From: a virus
Taxonomy: Duplodnaviria; Caudoviricetes
Length of the DNA: 64,000 bases
Reading direction: 5' to 3' (one strand)
Virus record (IMG/VR): IMGVR_UViG_3300028833_000053
Shown here: in pieces, positions 20,514 to 31,390 of the stretch
How the letters are laid out: the number at the start of each line of letters is the position of its first letter
How positions within the stretch are numbered: position 1 is the first letter of the stretch
The notes under the pieces: model-generated
Told to the model about the DNA's origin: nothing
Database searches by the model: none
Seen by the model: only the letters and a program-made list of their open reading frames with translations
Program-made: the position numbers and the translations under genes

Positions 20514-20824
20514 CAGATTTGTTCTCCTTTCAAGTCCACCTTTGACACGATATGGTCCGTGTCGAAAATCTTGTACTTCTTCCCTTCAAGGGTGATGTCA
20601 ATTCCAACAGCTTCCGTTATGACAACATCCCCAACCTTCAGGGTTATCTTGGGATAGGCGAATTCCTCTCCTCCGCCATATACCCATTTCACCCTGTAGA
20701 ATTTCAGGTTCTCCTTGCAAAGCCTGTCGTCAAGTTTGGTTGAAGTGATGAAGAAACTGCCCTAGTCGGTGTTTCCGCATTCTTCGCAAATGACGCGCTT
20801 CTCTCTGGTTATCGTCAAGTCCAT
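20513..20824 (-). CDS. GroES-like co-chaperonin, single domain (absent from ORF track; TAG=Gln at codon 21)
   Basis: MDLTITREKRVICEECGNTD(Q)GSFFITS...LKVGDVVITEAVGIDITLEGKKYKIFDTDHIVSKV. TAG at 20762-20764; exactly fills the gap between its neighbours. Confidence 0.75.
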
Positions 20825-20826
20825 TT

Positions 20827-21420
20827 TTAACCCTCGTTGATTTTGCAGATGATGCAGTCGGTCTTGTAGATGTAGATTGGCTTTGTCGGGTCAAGGTCCG
20901 CGTCACCGCGAAAACCATGAAGAACGTCACATTCCTCCTTTGTCATGAGAACCTTGTCCCCAACCTTGAATGGAATGGCATTTGCGGTCATCGTGTATGG
21001 AGGCGTTATTGACTTTATCACCCCAATCTTCATTTCGTCAGACGTTGGCACTACAAACCCGGAGGTTTCCTTTTCCTCGTCAACCGCCTGAACGATGCAA
21101 CGTCCACCCAATGCGCGGTACTTCGTCTTTTCCAGATTGGATTCCATTATAAGGGCGTTGTATCTCATCAAGGCTATGGGTTCTGTGTGGTAGAAAGCAG
21201 CCAGCTTGTCGGCGAAAACGTATGAGCCAACGTCAAGTCCAGTCATTTCCTTTGCTTCAGAACCAATTTTCAGTATCTGGTAGAAGCCCACGCGCAGGTT
21301 GCGCAATGAATCGTCTCCGATGGTGAAACCCGTGTTTTTGGACGACAACGTGTCGTTGTCAACTATCTTAAGAACCACAACGTCGTTTGCGGGTTCGCAG
21401 TCTTTGTCAAAATATGCCAT
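20827..21420 (-). CDS. Tandem double-GroES co-chaperonin
   Basis: Two GroES-like units: EPANDVVVLK...TGFTI...KIG...LDVGSYV and RALGGRCIVQAVDEEKETSGFVVP...FKVGDKVLM. Confidence 0.75.
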   Translation of the reverse strand: MAYFDKDCEPANDVVVLKIVDNDTLSSKNTGFTIGDDSLRNLRVGFYQILKIGSEAKEMTGLDVGSYVFADKLAAFYHTEPIALMRYNALIMESNLEKTKYRALGGRCIVQAVDEEKETSGFVVPTSDEMKIGVIKSITPPYTMTANAIPFKVGDKVLMTKEECDVLHGFRGDADLDPTKPIYIYKTDCIICKINEG

Positions 21421-21457
21421 GTGATTATTCTTATCCTTCCAGTTCAATTATACCAAA

Positions 21458-21482
21458 AGACGCACCCCGGTGGATGCGTCTC
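21458..21482 (-). terminator. Probable intrinsic terminator
   Basis: AGACGCA...TGCGTCT stem with T-run on the minus strand, downstream of the 21510 stop. Confidence 0.55.
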
Positions 21483-21509
21483 TATTATGAATTGAATTTG
21501 ATACTGGCA

Positions 21510-23438
21510 TTACAAGCCAAACTTCTTCAATTTGTCGTTCAATTTACGAGCGGTGTTTGTTGTGCGCTCTACAATTACAACGTCTTCTTCGGGATCAAGT
21601 TGGCTACCTGAGCTTTCCTTGTCTCCGTCATCGTTGTGTACCTGCTTGTAAGTCATTACAACGCCAGAACCCTCGGATTCATGTGCGTCACGGAATCCAA
21701 TCTTGTACTTCTTTCCTGTTGTGGAATCCACGAATGTAAGGCGGTTGATGTCAAGTTCAACGTCACCGTTCATCTTCATGGTTGTACTGGAGCCAAGGTC
21801 AAGATTTGCTCCGTTCTTCAACACAAGCGATGCTCCGTTCTGGAACGTGACTTCGGCGCCATTTGCCACATGTACCTTGCTGTTCTATCCAACGAAAACC
21901 TCGGCGTTGGAATTGACAACGCCATTGAGTTCGGTTATTCCATCGGACTTCAAAAGGTTGTCCGTGTAGACAACGCTGGATTTCACACCGGTTGTAACAA
22001 GTTTGTCAACGTGGAAATGGTTTGCATTGAACTTGTAGGCTTCAAGCGCGGAGAATTTGCCTTTTTCCGCAACAACGTTCTTCATCAAGATGTTTCCAGA
22101 GTGATCTATTCTGTATTTCCCTTGGTTGATGGAGAACCTCTTTGGCGCATTTGGATCGTTTTGTTCGCGCAAATATGTGATTGGGTTGATGAGGGTCTTT
22201 ATGGTCTTTTGAATGGACTCGTAGTTGACTTCGTTCTTCTGCATTGCTTCGTCAACCATTGCCACGGGGTCAAAGTTCTCTTCTTCGTATGTCTCATCTT
22301 CCTCGTCGCTTGGCCCGGCTGGAATTACATTGACCATTTCATCTTCATACAAGTCCCAGTCAGTGTCAGATGTGAAACTTATGCCAGAAGATGGGTTGTC
22401 ATCCATCAATTCCTTGTCGCTTGTCAAAAGGAAGTTGCTGGTTATCAACTTGGATTCATCAAGGAACAGTTTTGAACCATGTATCGTCACGTCACCTTCA
22501 ATGAGAGACTTTATGTCGCGGTCAATCAAAAAGCCGATGTTTCCGGTGCTTGTTCCATGAATTTGCAAGGTGCTTACTCTGGACAGACCGTTCACCTCCA
22601 TTCCATCATCAAAGGAAACCTTGCCCTTGTTCACCTTGAGAGATATGCCATTGTGCAGCAACGCTCCCTTGATTGTGAGGTCGTTTTCAATTTCCACCTT
22701 GTTCTTGATTGAAAGGTAGGAGATGGTTGCAGTGTTGGTTACTTCCGCATTGATGGTGGAAAAGCCATTGGTTTTCAATTGGGTGTTTATGGTGGCTTTT
22801 TGGGCGGTCAAGCTATTTATTTCGGCCTCCTTCAACACCTCAAATTTTTCATTCGCGGTGAACTTCCGGGAAACCTCAACTTCCATTGGATAAAGTTTGT
22901 TGGTGTACAAAGTGGATAGTTTCATGGTCATTGGTTCTGCACCAATCCACCTTGTACCAATGTCTATCATGAACAGATTGGAACCGACAACCAAACGTTG
23001 TGAGGCATTTAACACGGGTGCAGTCAATGAATCTGCATTATAGAGTGAATCAAATCCAATCTTTATCTGCCCATCACCAAAGCTGATTCCACCCCTGAAG
23101 TTGCAGTTCTTGTAGAAGTTTATGGAATTGCCTGCGGATGACATGACAACACTGATGTTGTTGTTCTAGTTCTTTTCCCTTATTTCAAGGGTGTTTCCCG
23201 TAATTTGCCCGGCTGCTTCCAAGTTACCGTCCACATAGGTGTTTCCATGCACCGTGACCAAGCCCTTGTCGTCAATGGTTATTGGGCCGTCCTCTTCACT
23301 TTCGCCAGATTCCACCTGAACGGTTGTTCCCTCCGTAGTGGTTGTGCTTGTTTCACCAGTGGTGTCACCCTCGTCCTTGGAGCTGGAAGTGGGTTCATCA
23401 ATGTATACAATGCCATTCTCGTCTATTCTTTCTGCCAT
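21510..23438 (-). CDS. Beta-strand-rich virion (tail/baseplate spike- or fibre-like) protein, 642 aa with two TAG=Gln
   Basis: Track ORFs 23166-23450, 21885-23144 and 21510-21869 are in one frame, separated only by TAG at 23166-23168 and 21885-21887; late motif at 23475-23481. Confidence 0.7.
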
Positions 23439-23474
23439 GGTATTTCTCACATGTTAGGATGCGTTTTCATCTAG

Positions 23475-23515
23475 TATTTACAAAAATGGAGCATTTTACC
23501 CTATGATGGTAAATA
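23475..23515. promoter_or_regulatory. Divergent pair of putative late promoters
   Basis: TATTTAC 23475-23481 and GTAAATA 23509-23515. Confidence 0.65.
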
Positions 23516-23561
23516 GATACATTGAAGGTTCAATCCGAATAGAGAGACAAGGTAAACCACC

Positions 23562-25121
23562 ATGGCACAGCAAATTCAATTTATATATTTGACTCAAAGT
23601 GATTTTGACAATCTGACAAGTAAAGGAAACAAGATTTACTTCACGTCTGACACAAAGAGAATATACAGAGGATCGGATTTATACGCTGCAACTTCATTTG
23701 ACCAATTGAATTTCAGCTCAATAGAGGCTTCTGACATAAAGGTGAATGGAAACGCGGTGTCGCTTGAAGGACATACCCATTCCGCTTCGGAAATAGATGG
23801 ACTTGAAGCGTTTGTTTCTGCGGCAACGCAGAATTTTTCATAGAACGGACACAAACATGCCATAGCGGATGTCACAAACTTGTCGGGGATAGTTGCTGGC
23901 ATAACAAACACCACTGTGTCAAAATCGTCAGGTTCGTTCAACACATTGACCGTTGGGGGTTCAAACGTCTCGGTTGAAGGACATACGCATTCCATTGACG
24001 ACATTGAGGACTATGAGGACAACACATTTTGGATTACAGGAAGTGTCAATACATAGACATTGGAAATTCAAGTTGATTAGGATTTCGAGGATGCAGTTGA
24101 AGCTGCTGATGCAGGAAAGCACATTAGGGCAAAGCTGGACTATACAGGAAATGGTAATTATGTATGTCCTTGGGCAAATGTAATATACAACACAAATGGA
24201 ACAGTGGATTAGTTTGACTTTCACATAATGCTTGACACGGTTATGTTGAATCCTGACGCAAATTGGCATCCATATTTGATTGGTTTCACTTGGAATTCAA
24301 ATGGATTTGATGTGCGTCCATATGAACTTTCTGAAACCAACCATGAACATGACATAGAGGACATAACCAACCTGTCAACCATACTCACTGGAGTCAGTGA
24401 ATCATCCCTGACAAAGGATACCATTACGGGGGACATCGGAAACTTCAGATTGCTCTCGGTAAGTGGTTCTGCCAATTTCGCTGTGAATAACGTGTCAGCA
24501 AATGCCGTTTCTGTGAATGGAACACCAGTTTCACTTGAAGGTCACACGCATGGCGTTTCTGAGGTTACAGGACTTGCCGCTGCCATATCCGCCGCGACTT
24601 CTGGATTCGCCTCAAGTCAGCACTCGCACAGTCATGTTGACATAACGGACTTCAACAGTGCTGTTGTGACAGCCGGTTCTTCAAGTTTCGCTCCAATCAG
24701 CCATTCACACGCCATTTCCAGCATCACAGGTCTGACAGCATCCCTATCTGAACTAAGTTCGTCAATCCAAAGCCTCCAATCCCAGATTGTGCCAGTCCAA
24801 TGCATCACATTGGCGCAATACGAGGCACTTCAGCCGGCTGACGCAAGCACAATCTACTTCATTTCCGATGGAAACAGAATCTACAGAGGTTCTGTGCTAT
24901 ACGCAGCAACAACGTTCGACCAGTTGAACTTCAGCTCAATAGAGGCAAGCGGCATAACGGTGAATGGGAACGCCGTGGCACTATCTGGACACACTCACGC
25001 GATGTCTGAGATTGGAGCGTCCACTGCTGCATAGACTGCAATAAGCGCAATAACCAATGCCTCAACTATATAGTAGATGAAGTCTGCCTTGACTGCATTC
25101 CTTCAGAACTTCGTATCATGA
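23562..25121 (+). CDS. Tail-fibre-like protein with H-x-H repeats (519 aa, seven TAG=Gln)
   Basis: Repeated GHTH/GHKH/HSH...I..L units; single frame with TAG at 23841, 24054, 24078, 24210, 25032, 25071 and 25074, ending at TGA. Confidence 0.8.
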
Positions 25122-25149
25122 TGCCACATAATTGGAGATCACTTGAAAC

Positions 25150-25302
25150 ATGGAAACCAAGGAAATTTAGAATGCGTTTAGAGATGGCGAATAGACCGTG
25201 ACGATGGCTGACACACCATTTGACACGGTTCTTGCGTCTAAGGAATATGTCAATCAGTAGATTGGCGCAGCCATTGGATAGGCATTGTCAACCCAGTACT
25301 GA
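25150..25302 (+). CDS. 50-aa late peptide with four TAG=Gln
   Basis: GGAG RBS; METKEI(Q)NAFRDGE(Q)TVTMADTPFDTVLASKEYVNQ(Q)IGAAIG(Q)ALSTQY. Confidence 0.65.
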
Positions 25303-25453
25303 ACACTGGCAAACGTGTCGTTTGAGCAGTGAAATGCCGCCTGATTCCTTGTTGCTGCTCTCTTCCTTCTTGCCATTGTCAATTACCTTTCCATTAAAAT
25401 GTCACTGTGTCGTATGTCGTGCATGGTACTTAAAACAATATTCCTTTGTTTGT

Positions 25454-25491
25454 TATTTACCATTCCATTTCAAGTTACATTATGGTAAATA
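25454..25491. promoter_or_regulatory. Divergent pair of putative late promoters
   Basis: TATTTAC 25454-25460 and GTAAATA 25485-25491. Confidence 0.55.
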
Positions 25492-25518
25492 GATGTACAT
25501 TATAAAGGTAACAAACAA

Positions 25519-26781
25519 ATGGCAATACATATAGGAAACATTGGGGGTGGAAGCATAGTGGTTGATGGCAAAAAACCACTGTTTTCCTTTTCTGCAATTT
25601 CGGACATACATCTTCACGACAACAATGATGATAGTGGATACGACGATTTGGTGAATCTGTTCCGAGTTCTAGGAAACAGAATTCAAGACAAGGAATTGGA
25701 TTTGCGCTACATCTGCGCCGCCGGCGACATTGGAATGGGTGGAGCGAACAAGGAGCTGTTGACATTTTCCAAAATAGTGGACGCAAAATGCCCTATTTCC
25801 AACAAGAATGTTTTTTCTTGCACCGGAAACCATGACCAACAGCATACGTGGCAGGAATGGACGGATTACATGTTTCCCGAGTCATTGCACAGTCAAATCA
25901 CTTCTGACTTGAATTTTGTCAAGGAGGATGGAAACTTTGTGTTTGCTTTTATGTCTATGGCGCATCAGAATGACAGAAGTACAACAGTAAATGGTAGGAT
26001 ATGTTTTTTGGATGATAGTAATTCAGTTTCTGGTTCAGGAACAAGACAATGGCTTCGTAATGTTGTAGAGTAGGCAAGAAACAAAACATTGATTTTGTTT
26101 ATGCACTATCCTTTCCAGAACAGGCGTTGTTATGACAAATCCACTACATCAATCAACATATATGATTGGGCTACGGGAAATTACATACCAAAAACGGTGA
26201 ACGTGGCCGAAACAGCGGAACAATGGGCAGGTCTTCTTGATTTGGGTGGTTCTGCAGGTAGCAATGAGAGTTGTGCCAACTATGGTTTCTATTGCAAGGC
26301 TGCCGCTTCAATTGATTATTCAACACCCAGTGAGTGTGAACAAATAATGGCGATTCTGAATCAACATGTTGGGGGAAAAACCATCGTGTTTTCCGGACAC
26401 ACACATCTTGTATTTGAAACTGAGCGTTTTGATTATGTCATTGGAAAAGGCTATCCAAATGTCAATGTGGCATATGTGAGGAACTATGACCCTGACAAGA
26501 ATGAATACACACCAACCAACATCGTCACAGTTCATATTCCATCCTTGAATCATCCAAGGAAGCTCAAGGTTTCAAGCATAGGCAGTGTGAGTGGGTGGGA
26601 AACTATTTCTGGCGCAAATCCATATCGTCAACCATGTCAATCCTGGCTTGTGGATGTATATGACAACAAACTTGTGTTGAATGGTTTTGAAACTCAGGTT
26701 TCACATGACAAACGTTATGGCGATATTTTGAACGATTATATCTACACTATAGACTTGACAGATATAGTTCCGGTTGCGTAA
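25519..26781 (+). CDS. Calcineurin-like metallophosphoesterase (420 aa, one TAG=Gln)
   Basis: SDIH, AGD and GNHD lie before TAG 26071-26073; MHYP and SGHTH lie after it in the same frame. Confidence 0.88.
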
Positions 26782-26792
26782 AGGAGACCAAC

Positions 26793-27086
26793 ATGGCAAG
26801 CAAGAACAACATACCAAAGAATCCTTATGACAAGAAGATGAAGAACTCCAAGGTTGCGGTTGACAACTTTATCTACACTCAACTTCAATCCAACAAGAAG
26901 AGTTTTTACGTCTATTGTGGGAAGTCAAAGAAGAGAATATATCAAGGCTCTTGTTCCAAGGAAATTCAAAACATTTACTTTGACGGAACTTGCGTTGTGT
27001 GCATTTGCCAGAACAAGACTTATGTGTTTGGACCGAACGATTTGCGCTATCCATTGAAGAATTGGAGAAAGATTAGGGAGTTTTAA
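26793..27086 (+). CDS. Hypothetical basic protein
   Basis: AAGGAG RBS, 97 aa. Confidence 0.7.
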   Translation: MASKNNIPKNPYDKKMKNSKVAVDNFIYTQLQSNKKSFYVYCGKSKKRIYQGSCSKEIQNIYFDGTCVVCICQNKTYVFGPNDLRYPLKNWRKIREF

Positions 27087-27087
27087 G

Positions 27088-27693
27088 ATGAAACGTATTA
27101 TACAAGTGAATGAGAGTTGGGATCCTGAATACGATGACAAGCCAGTGAACCAGTTTGGGGAGAAGTGGGAGAAGATTTCGGGAACATGGCTGAACCAGGT
27201 GATAACGAACATCATGAAGGATGTCCAGATAGACCCCTTCGAGGACGGACCAAAGATGGAAAGTTTGAGTTTGGGCAGCTTGCATCTTTGTGAAGATGGG
27301 CATCTCATAGCCACTGTGTATGGCGGTGCCAACGGTGGTGGCATACGGGGCAGGGAATCCAATTGGACGTTTTACATGTCCTTGGTTAGGAAGTTTCTTG
27401 GCAAGATTCTTGACTACGACAACGGCCAGTGCTTCAAGGACGTTTGGATGATAGATTGGGACAACGATTGCTGCGATGACGTTTGGACTTTGAGACTTGG
27501 GCTTGAACTATCCGACGAAGAGAAACTCCAGTTGACCCAATGTGGATTCAAGGTGATTGATCCAACCTAGTTGAATATTGGACTTGACGCTGCAATGGAT
27601 ATGTTCACGCCATATCCCATGGCGCAGAATGTGGATTGCTCAAACCCCTACAATGAATCCAAGATAAATTGGCGCAAAATAAGTGCCAAGTGA
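27088..27693 (+). CDS. Hypothetical protein, probable internal head protein
   Basis: MKRIIQVNESWD...; extends through TAG 27568-27570 for 40 more codons to TGA. Confidence 0.7.
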
Positions 27694-27812
27694 GTTCGGT
27701 TTTTGCCCTCGGATTGTGTAAATACTTTATGACGAGGCGAAGGATAGGAAGTATCCATCTGGAGCCAAGTCAAGGATTGATTGACAATAACAACAATCGG
27801 AGGTAAAATAAA

Positions 27813-28310
27813 ATGTTTGACATGATTAGACCGTCATCCATTTGGGATGACATGTTCAGAATGGCTGACGCGCTTACGCTATATCCAGCCAAGGAAAGGA
27901 GCCTGGAAAACAACGGATTGAAGAGGCTCATATCAAGACCCCACAACATCGTGAACGTCACGAACAAGGAGGGTGAACCCATTGCCCAACGCCTTGAAGT
28001 TGTGACCACGCCGTTCAAGAAGAACGAAGTCAAGGTGTCTGTTGATAAAAACAACATGTTGACAGTGGAATGTGGGACCGAAAAGGAAATCAAAGATCCA
28101 CTAGAGGGAATCCCAATGGACGAAGAGAACGATAACTATGTCTACAAGGGCATTTCCACCCAGACATATTCCTTCTCCATCAAGTTGGGGGATAATGTTG
28201 ACAAGGACGCAATCAAGGCGAAGAACGAGGACGGTGTTCTCGTTGTGACGCTTCCGTTCAAGAAGAAAGAGGAAGAACCAAAGCAAATCACCAAAATAGA
28301 GGTTGAGTGA
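27813..28310 (+). CDS. Small heat-shock protein (Hsp20/alpha-crystallin)
   Basis: FKKNEVKVSV...LTV, YVYKGIS...FSIKL...AKNEDGVLVVTLP...KIEVE. Confidence 0.9.
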   Translation: MFDMIRPSSIWDDMFRMADALTLYPAKERSLENNGLKRLISRPHNIVNVTNKEGEPIAQRLEVVTTPFKKNEVKVSVDKNNMLTVECGTEKEIKDPLEGIPMDEENDNYVYKGISTQTYSFSIKLGDNVDKDAIKAKNEDGVLVVTLPFKKKEEEPKQITKIEVE

Positions 28311-28339
28311 CAAACAACAGGTTCAATCTTTCCTTGTGT

Positions 28340-28365
28340 GGCTGGGTTTACGAACCCAGCCTTTT
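28340..28365 (+). terminator. Intrinsic terminator
   Basis: GGCTGGGTT-TACG-AACCCAGCC-TTTT. Confidence 0.85.
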
Positions 28366-28403
28366 GTCGTATAATATACTGGGAACATAATGAGGAACGA
28401 ATA

Positions 28404-31337
28404 ATGGTTGAACCTGACTATAGATTGGATTTTGACGTAGAGAAGATACGTGATGTGATTGAACCGAACGATGGCTACACATGGGTTTACTATGACCCAA
28501 TGGGCATGGACAGGAAATTGGGGGAGAATGGGAAGATTTGGTTCAAGTGCTACGAGAAGGACACCCACAAGCCCATAGTTGTTGAAGTGAAGAACTTTCC
28601 CTCTACCCTGTGGCACCGTGTTGACAAGTCCGACGAAATGGCTAAAACCGGAATGGTGGATGCCTATGGTATGCCTGTTGTACAGGAGGTTTTCGACAAC
28701 GTGGCACTTCGCCGCCAATGGGTGAACACATGGAAGAAACGCTCCGACTATTGCGAAAAGCAGATTGTGCAGAACCAAGACCCTTGCGACGAGTTCATGC
28801 AGAAGGTGTTTTGGAGGGAGGCTCAGGAGGAAAGTTTCAACAAGGGCTTCCAGCGCGTGTTCTACATTGATATTGAGACCGAGGTTTCGTCAACGTCTCT
28901 TATGCCGTTCAAGGCTGTTGACAAGATGTTGATGATAACCATATACGACAACAAGACGGACAAGTTCTACACATGGTCTTTGAATCCCGCGGAAGTGGAG
29001 TTTCATGACAGTGTTGATGAAGAGGGGAACGTGACATGGCACAATCCCTTGAAGGACTATCCAAAGGACAAGTTTGTTCTGTATGACAACTTCAACGGGA
29101 ATGAAGCCGAACTGCTCAAGCACTTCCTCTACTTCTGGGCAACAAACTATCCAGACGTTGTGTGCGGGTGGAACAGCCGTTGGTACGATATTCCCTATAT
29201 CGTGAGGCGTATCGAGAACGTTCTTGGCAAGGCAAAGGCGCGTTTCCTCTCTCCGCTCGAAGACTACAAAATCATCCATGAGAAGTCTGACAAGAAAGAC
29301 GAAAACGGCAAGTGGATTGAGAAGGAAGAAATTGAGTGGGTGGACATCAAGGGCATATTCCAGGCGGATGAACTAATCCTCTATTCCAAGAAGTTTGGCG
29401 TGAAGCAGGCTCTTGATGGCGGCTATGGTCTTTCCAACGTAGGACAGGCGGAGGGCTTTGGTGGCAAGGTTGCGTATGAGACAACGCTTCTTGACCTGTA
29501 CAACTCCGACTGGCAGAAGTTCTATGAGTACAACGTCCGAGACGTTGAGCTGCTATGGTCTATCGAGAAGAAGTGCAAGTTGATTCCATTGGCGAGAACC
29601 GTGGCGGGGTTTGGACTCGTGAACTATGACTTCATCTATCAATCTGCCCCGTATCTTGTTCCGACCATCACCATATTCTGCATGAAGCACCGCGAGAACA
29701 TGATATTCAATTCCTACGCCAACAACTTCCGCGAGAAGGTCAAGTTTGAGGGTGCGTGGGTCATTGACCCGGTTGTTGGGCGGTATTCCTATGGCACGGC
29801 AACGGTGGACTTCAATTCACTTTATCCTTCCTGCATGAGAATGTTGAACCTCTCAATCGAGACCTATGTTGGGCGGATTGACGATGGCTATTCCGGTGTT
29901 GGCGGACTTGACAACGATTGGATGCAGCGTGGTGGAATAGACGGCTATCCAGACGACTATCTGTTCAAGTTGATTATTGACAGGGTTGACATTCAAACCC
30001 CGATTGAGAAGGAGATTGACGCGAAGACCCTACGTCATTTGCTTGACACCAAGTTGATTATCTGTCCAACGAACATGACGTTGTTCTTGAAGCATGAAAT
30101 CAAGAGGGGCGTGATTGCGGACTGGGCGGAGGTTTTCTTCAACCGACGCAAGGCAACCAAGGACGAGAGGTTCAAGTGCGACAAGGCAGCCGACAGGACT
30201 TCTGACCCAGATGAGAAGGAGAGGTTGATGACGAGAGTGGAGAATCTGGGCAACCTTCAGCAGGCGTTGAAGATTTGCCTTAACTCCATCTACGGTGCGT
30301 TGTCCACCACGGGTTGTCCGTTCCTGCATTCAATCGGATTGGCACAATCCGTGACAAGGGCTGGACGTTTCTCAAACTACAATGGAAGGTTGTTCTACCA
30401 GAAGTGGCTGCAGGAGAACTACAACATACCTGACGATTACGTTGTCACGGCGTCCGGCGACACCGATTCCTACTTCATGAACCTTGAAGCGGTCACAAAG
30501 GATTTCATGGCGAAGAATGGTTGGGACAACGACTTGAACAATTGGACTGACGAGCAGAAGTTGACCCTCTGGAACCACATGCAGAAATTCACGGACGAAT
30601 ACCTTGTCCCCCATGTCCAGGAACTCGTCACGAAGGAATTTCACACGTCAAACGCTGCCCCGATGAAGTATGGCTTGGAGTACATGACTTCCGGTGGCAT
30701 ATTTGAGTCTCCGAAGCACTACATTGTACACAAGATTGTTGACGAGGGTCCGAAGATTGTGGATAAGTTCAAGTACACTGGAATCGAGTTGAAGAAAGCC
30801 ACCGTGCCACCGGAAATCAAGAAGTTCATGAAGGACATCTACTTCACCGCCGTGCTTGACCCCAAGTTTGACCTTGAAGCCGCGAAGAAGAAGATGGACG
30901 AGGTTTACCAGGAACTTTTGAAGATGTCACCGAACGAGTTGGCGAAGTGGCAGGGCTATGGCACGGAATCCCAGATGGACGGCTTCTTGGTTGAGGCAAA
31001 GGGCGCGACCGGAATCGGCAAGTGCGCAAACTACTACAACCAGATAATGCACAAGTTGGGGTTGGACAAGAAGTACGCCCTGATAAACGTCAAGGACAAG
31101 ATTCAGACCATCTACATCAAGCCCACGAACAAGTATGGCATTTCACAGATAGGGTTTCCGCCCCGCCAATGGCCGAAGGAGTTTGACGACGTTTTTGAGA
31201 TTGACTATCCGAAGATGATGGAGAAGGTTGTCATTTCCCCGTTGAAGGGTATGCTCAAGGCTCTGCACATGGACAGTCTCATTAAGTACAACCCCAGCGT
31301 GTCAGCTTCATTGGAGTATTCGGTTGACGATATTTGA
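28404..31337 (+). CDS. gp43: Family B DNA polymerase, T4 gp43-like
   Basis: Exonuclease motifs DIETE, GWNSRWYDIPY, YNVRDV; polymerase motifs DFNSLYPS, KICLNSIYG, GDTDS. Start reassigned to ATG 28404 (GAGG RBS). Confidence 0.96.
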   Translation: MVEPDYRLDFDVEKIRDVIEPNDGYTWVYYDPMGMDRKLGENGKIWFKCYEKDTHKPIVVEVKNFPSTLWHRVDKSDEMAKTGMVDAYGMPVVQEVFDNVALRRQWVNTWKKRSDYCEKQIVQNQDPCDEFMQKVFWREAQEESFNKGFQRVFYIDIETEVSSTSLMPFKAVDKMLMITIYDNKTDKFYTWSLNPAEVEFHDSVDEEGNVTWHNPLKDYPKDKFVLYDNFNGNEAELLKHFLYFWATNYPDVVCGWNSRWYDIPYIVRRIENVLGKAKARFLSPLEDYKIIHEKSDKKDENGKWIEKEEIEWVDIKGIFQADELILYSKKFGVKQALDGGYGLSNVGQAEGFGGKVAYETTLLDLYNSDWQKFYEYNVRDVELLWSIEKKCKLIPLARTVAGFGLVNYDFIYQSAPYLVPTITIFCMKHRENMIFNSYANNFREKVKFEGAWVIDPVVGRYSYGTATVDFNSLYPSCMRMLNLSIETYVGRIDDGYSGVGGLDNDWMQRGGIDGYPDDYLFKLIIDRVDIQTPIEKEIDAKTLRHLLDTKLIICPTNMTLFLKHEIKRGVIADWAEVFFNRRKATKDERFKCDKAADRTSDPDEKERLMTRVENLGNLQQALKICLNSIYGALSTTGCPFLHSIGLAQSVTRAGRFSNYNGRLFYQKWLQENYNIPDDYVVTASGDTDSYFMNLEAVTKDFMAKNGWDNDLNNWTDEQKLTLWNHMQKFTDEYLVPHVQELVTKEFHTSNAAPMKYGLEYMTSGGIFESPKHYIVHKIVDEGPKIVDKFKYTGIELKKATVPPEIKKFMKDIYFTAVLDPKFDLEAAKKKMDEVYQELLKMSPNELAKWQGYGTESQMDGFLVEAKGATGIGKCANYYNQIMHKLGLDKKYALINVKDKIQTIYIKPTNKYGISQIGFPPRQWPKEFDDVFEIDYPKMMEKVVISPLKGMLKALHMDSLIKYNPSVSASLEYSVDDI

Positions 31338-31390
31338 TTCATCTTTGTAAATACATTCATAGGCAACCAATTTACGAAGGTGAAACAACT

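Noticed and set aside
28404-31337. Intein or intron in DNA polymerase; unusual SGDTDS motif
   Set aside because: Length and motif spacing are normal, and T4-type polymerases vary just before GDTDS.
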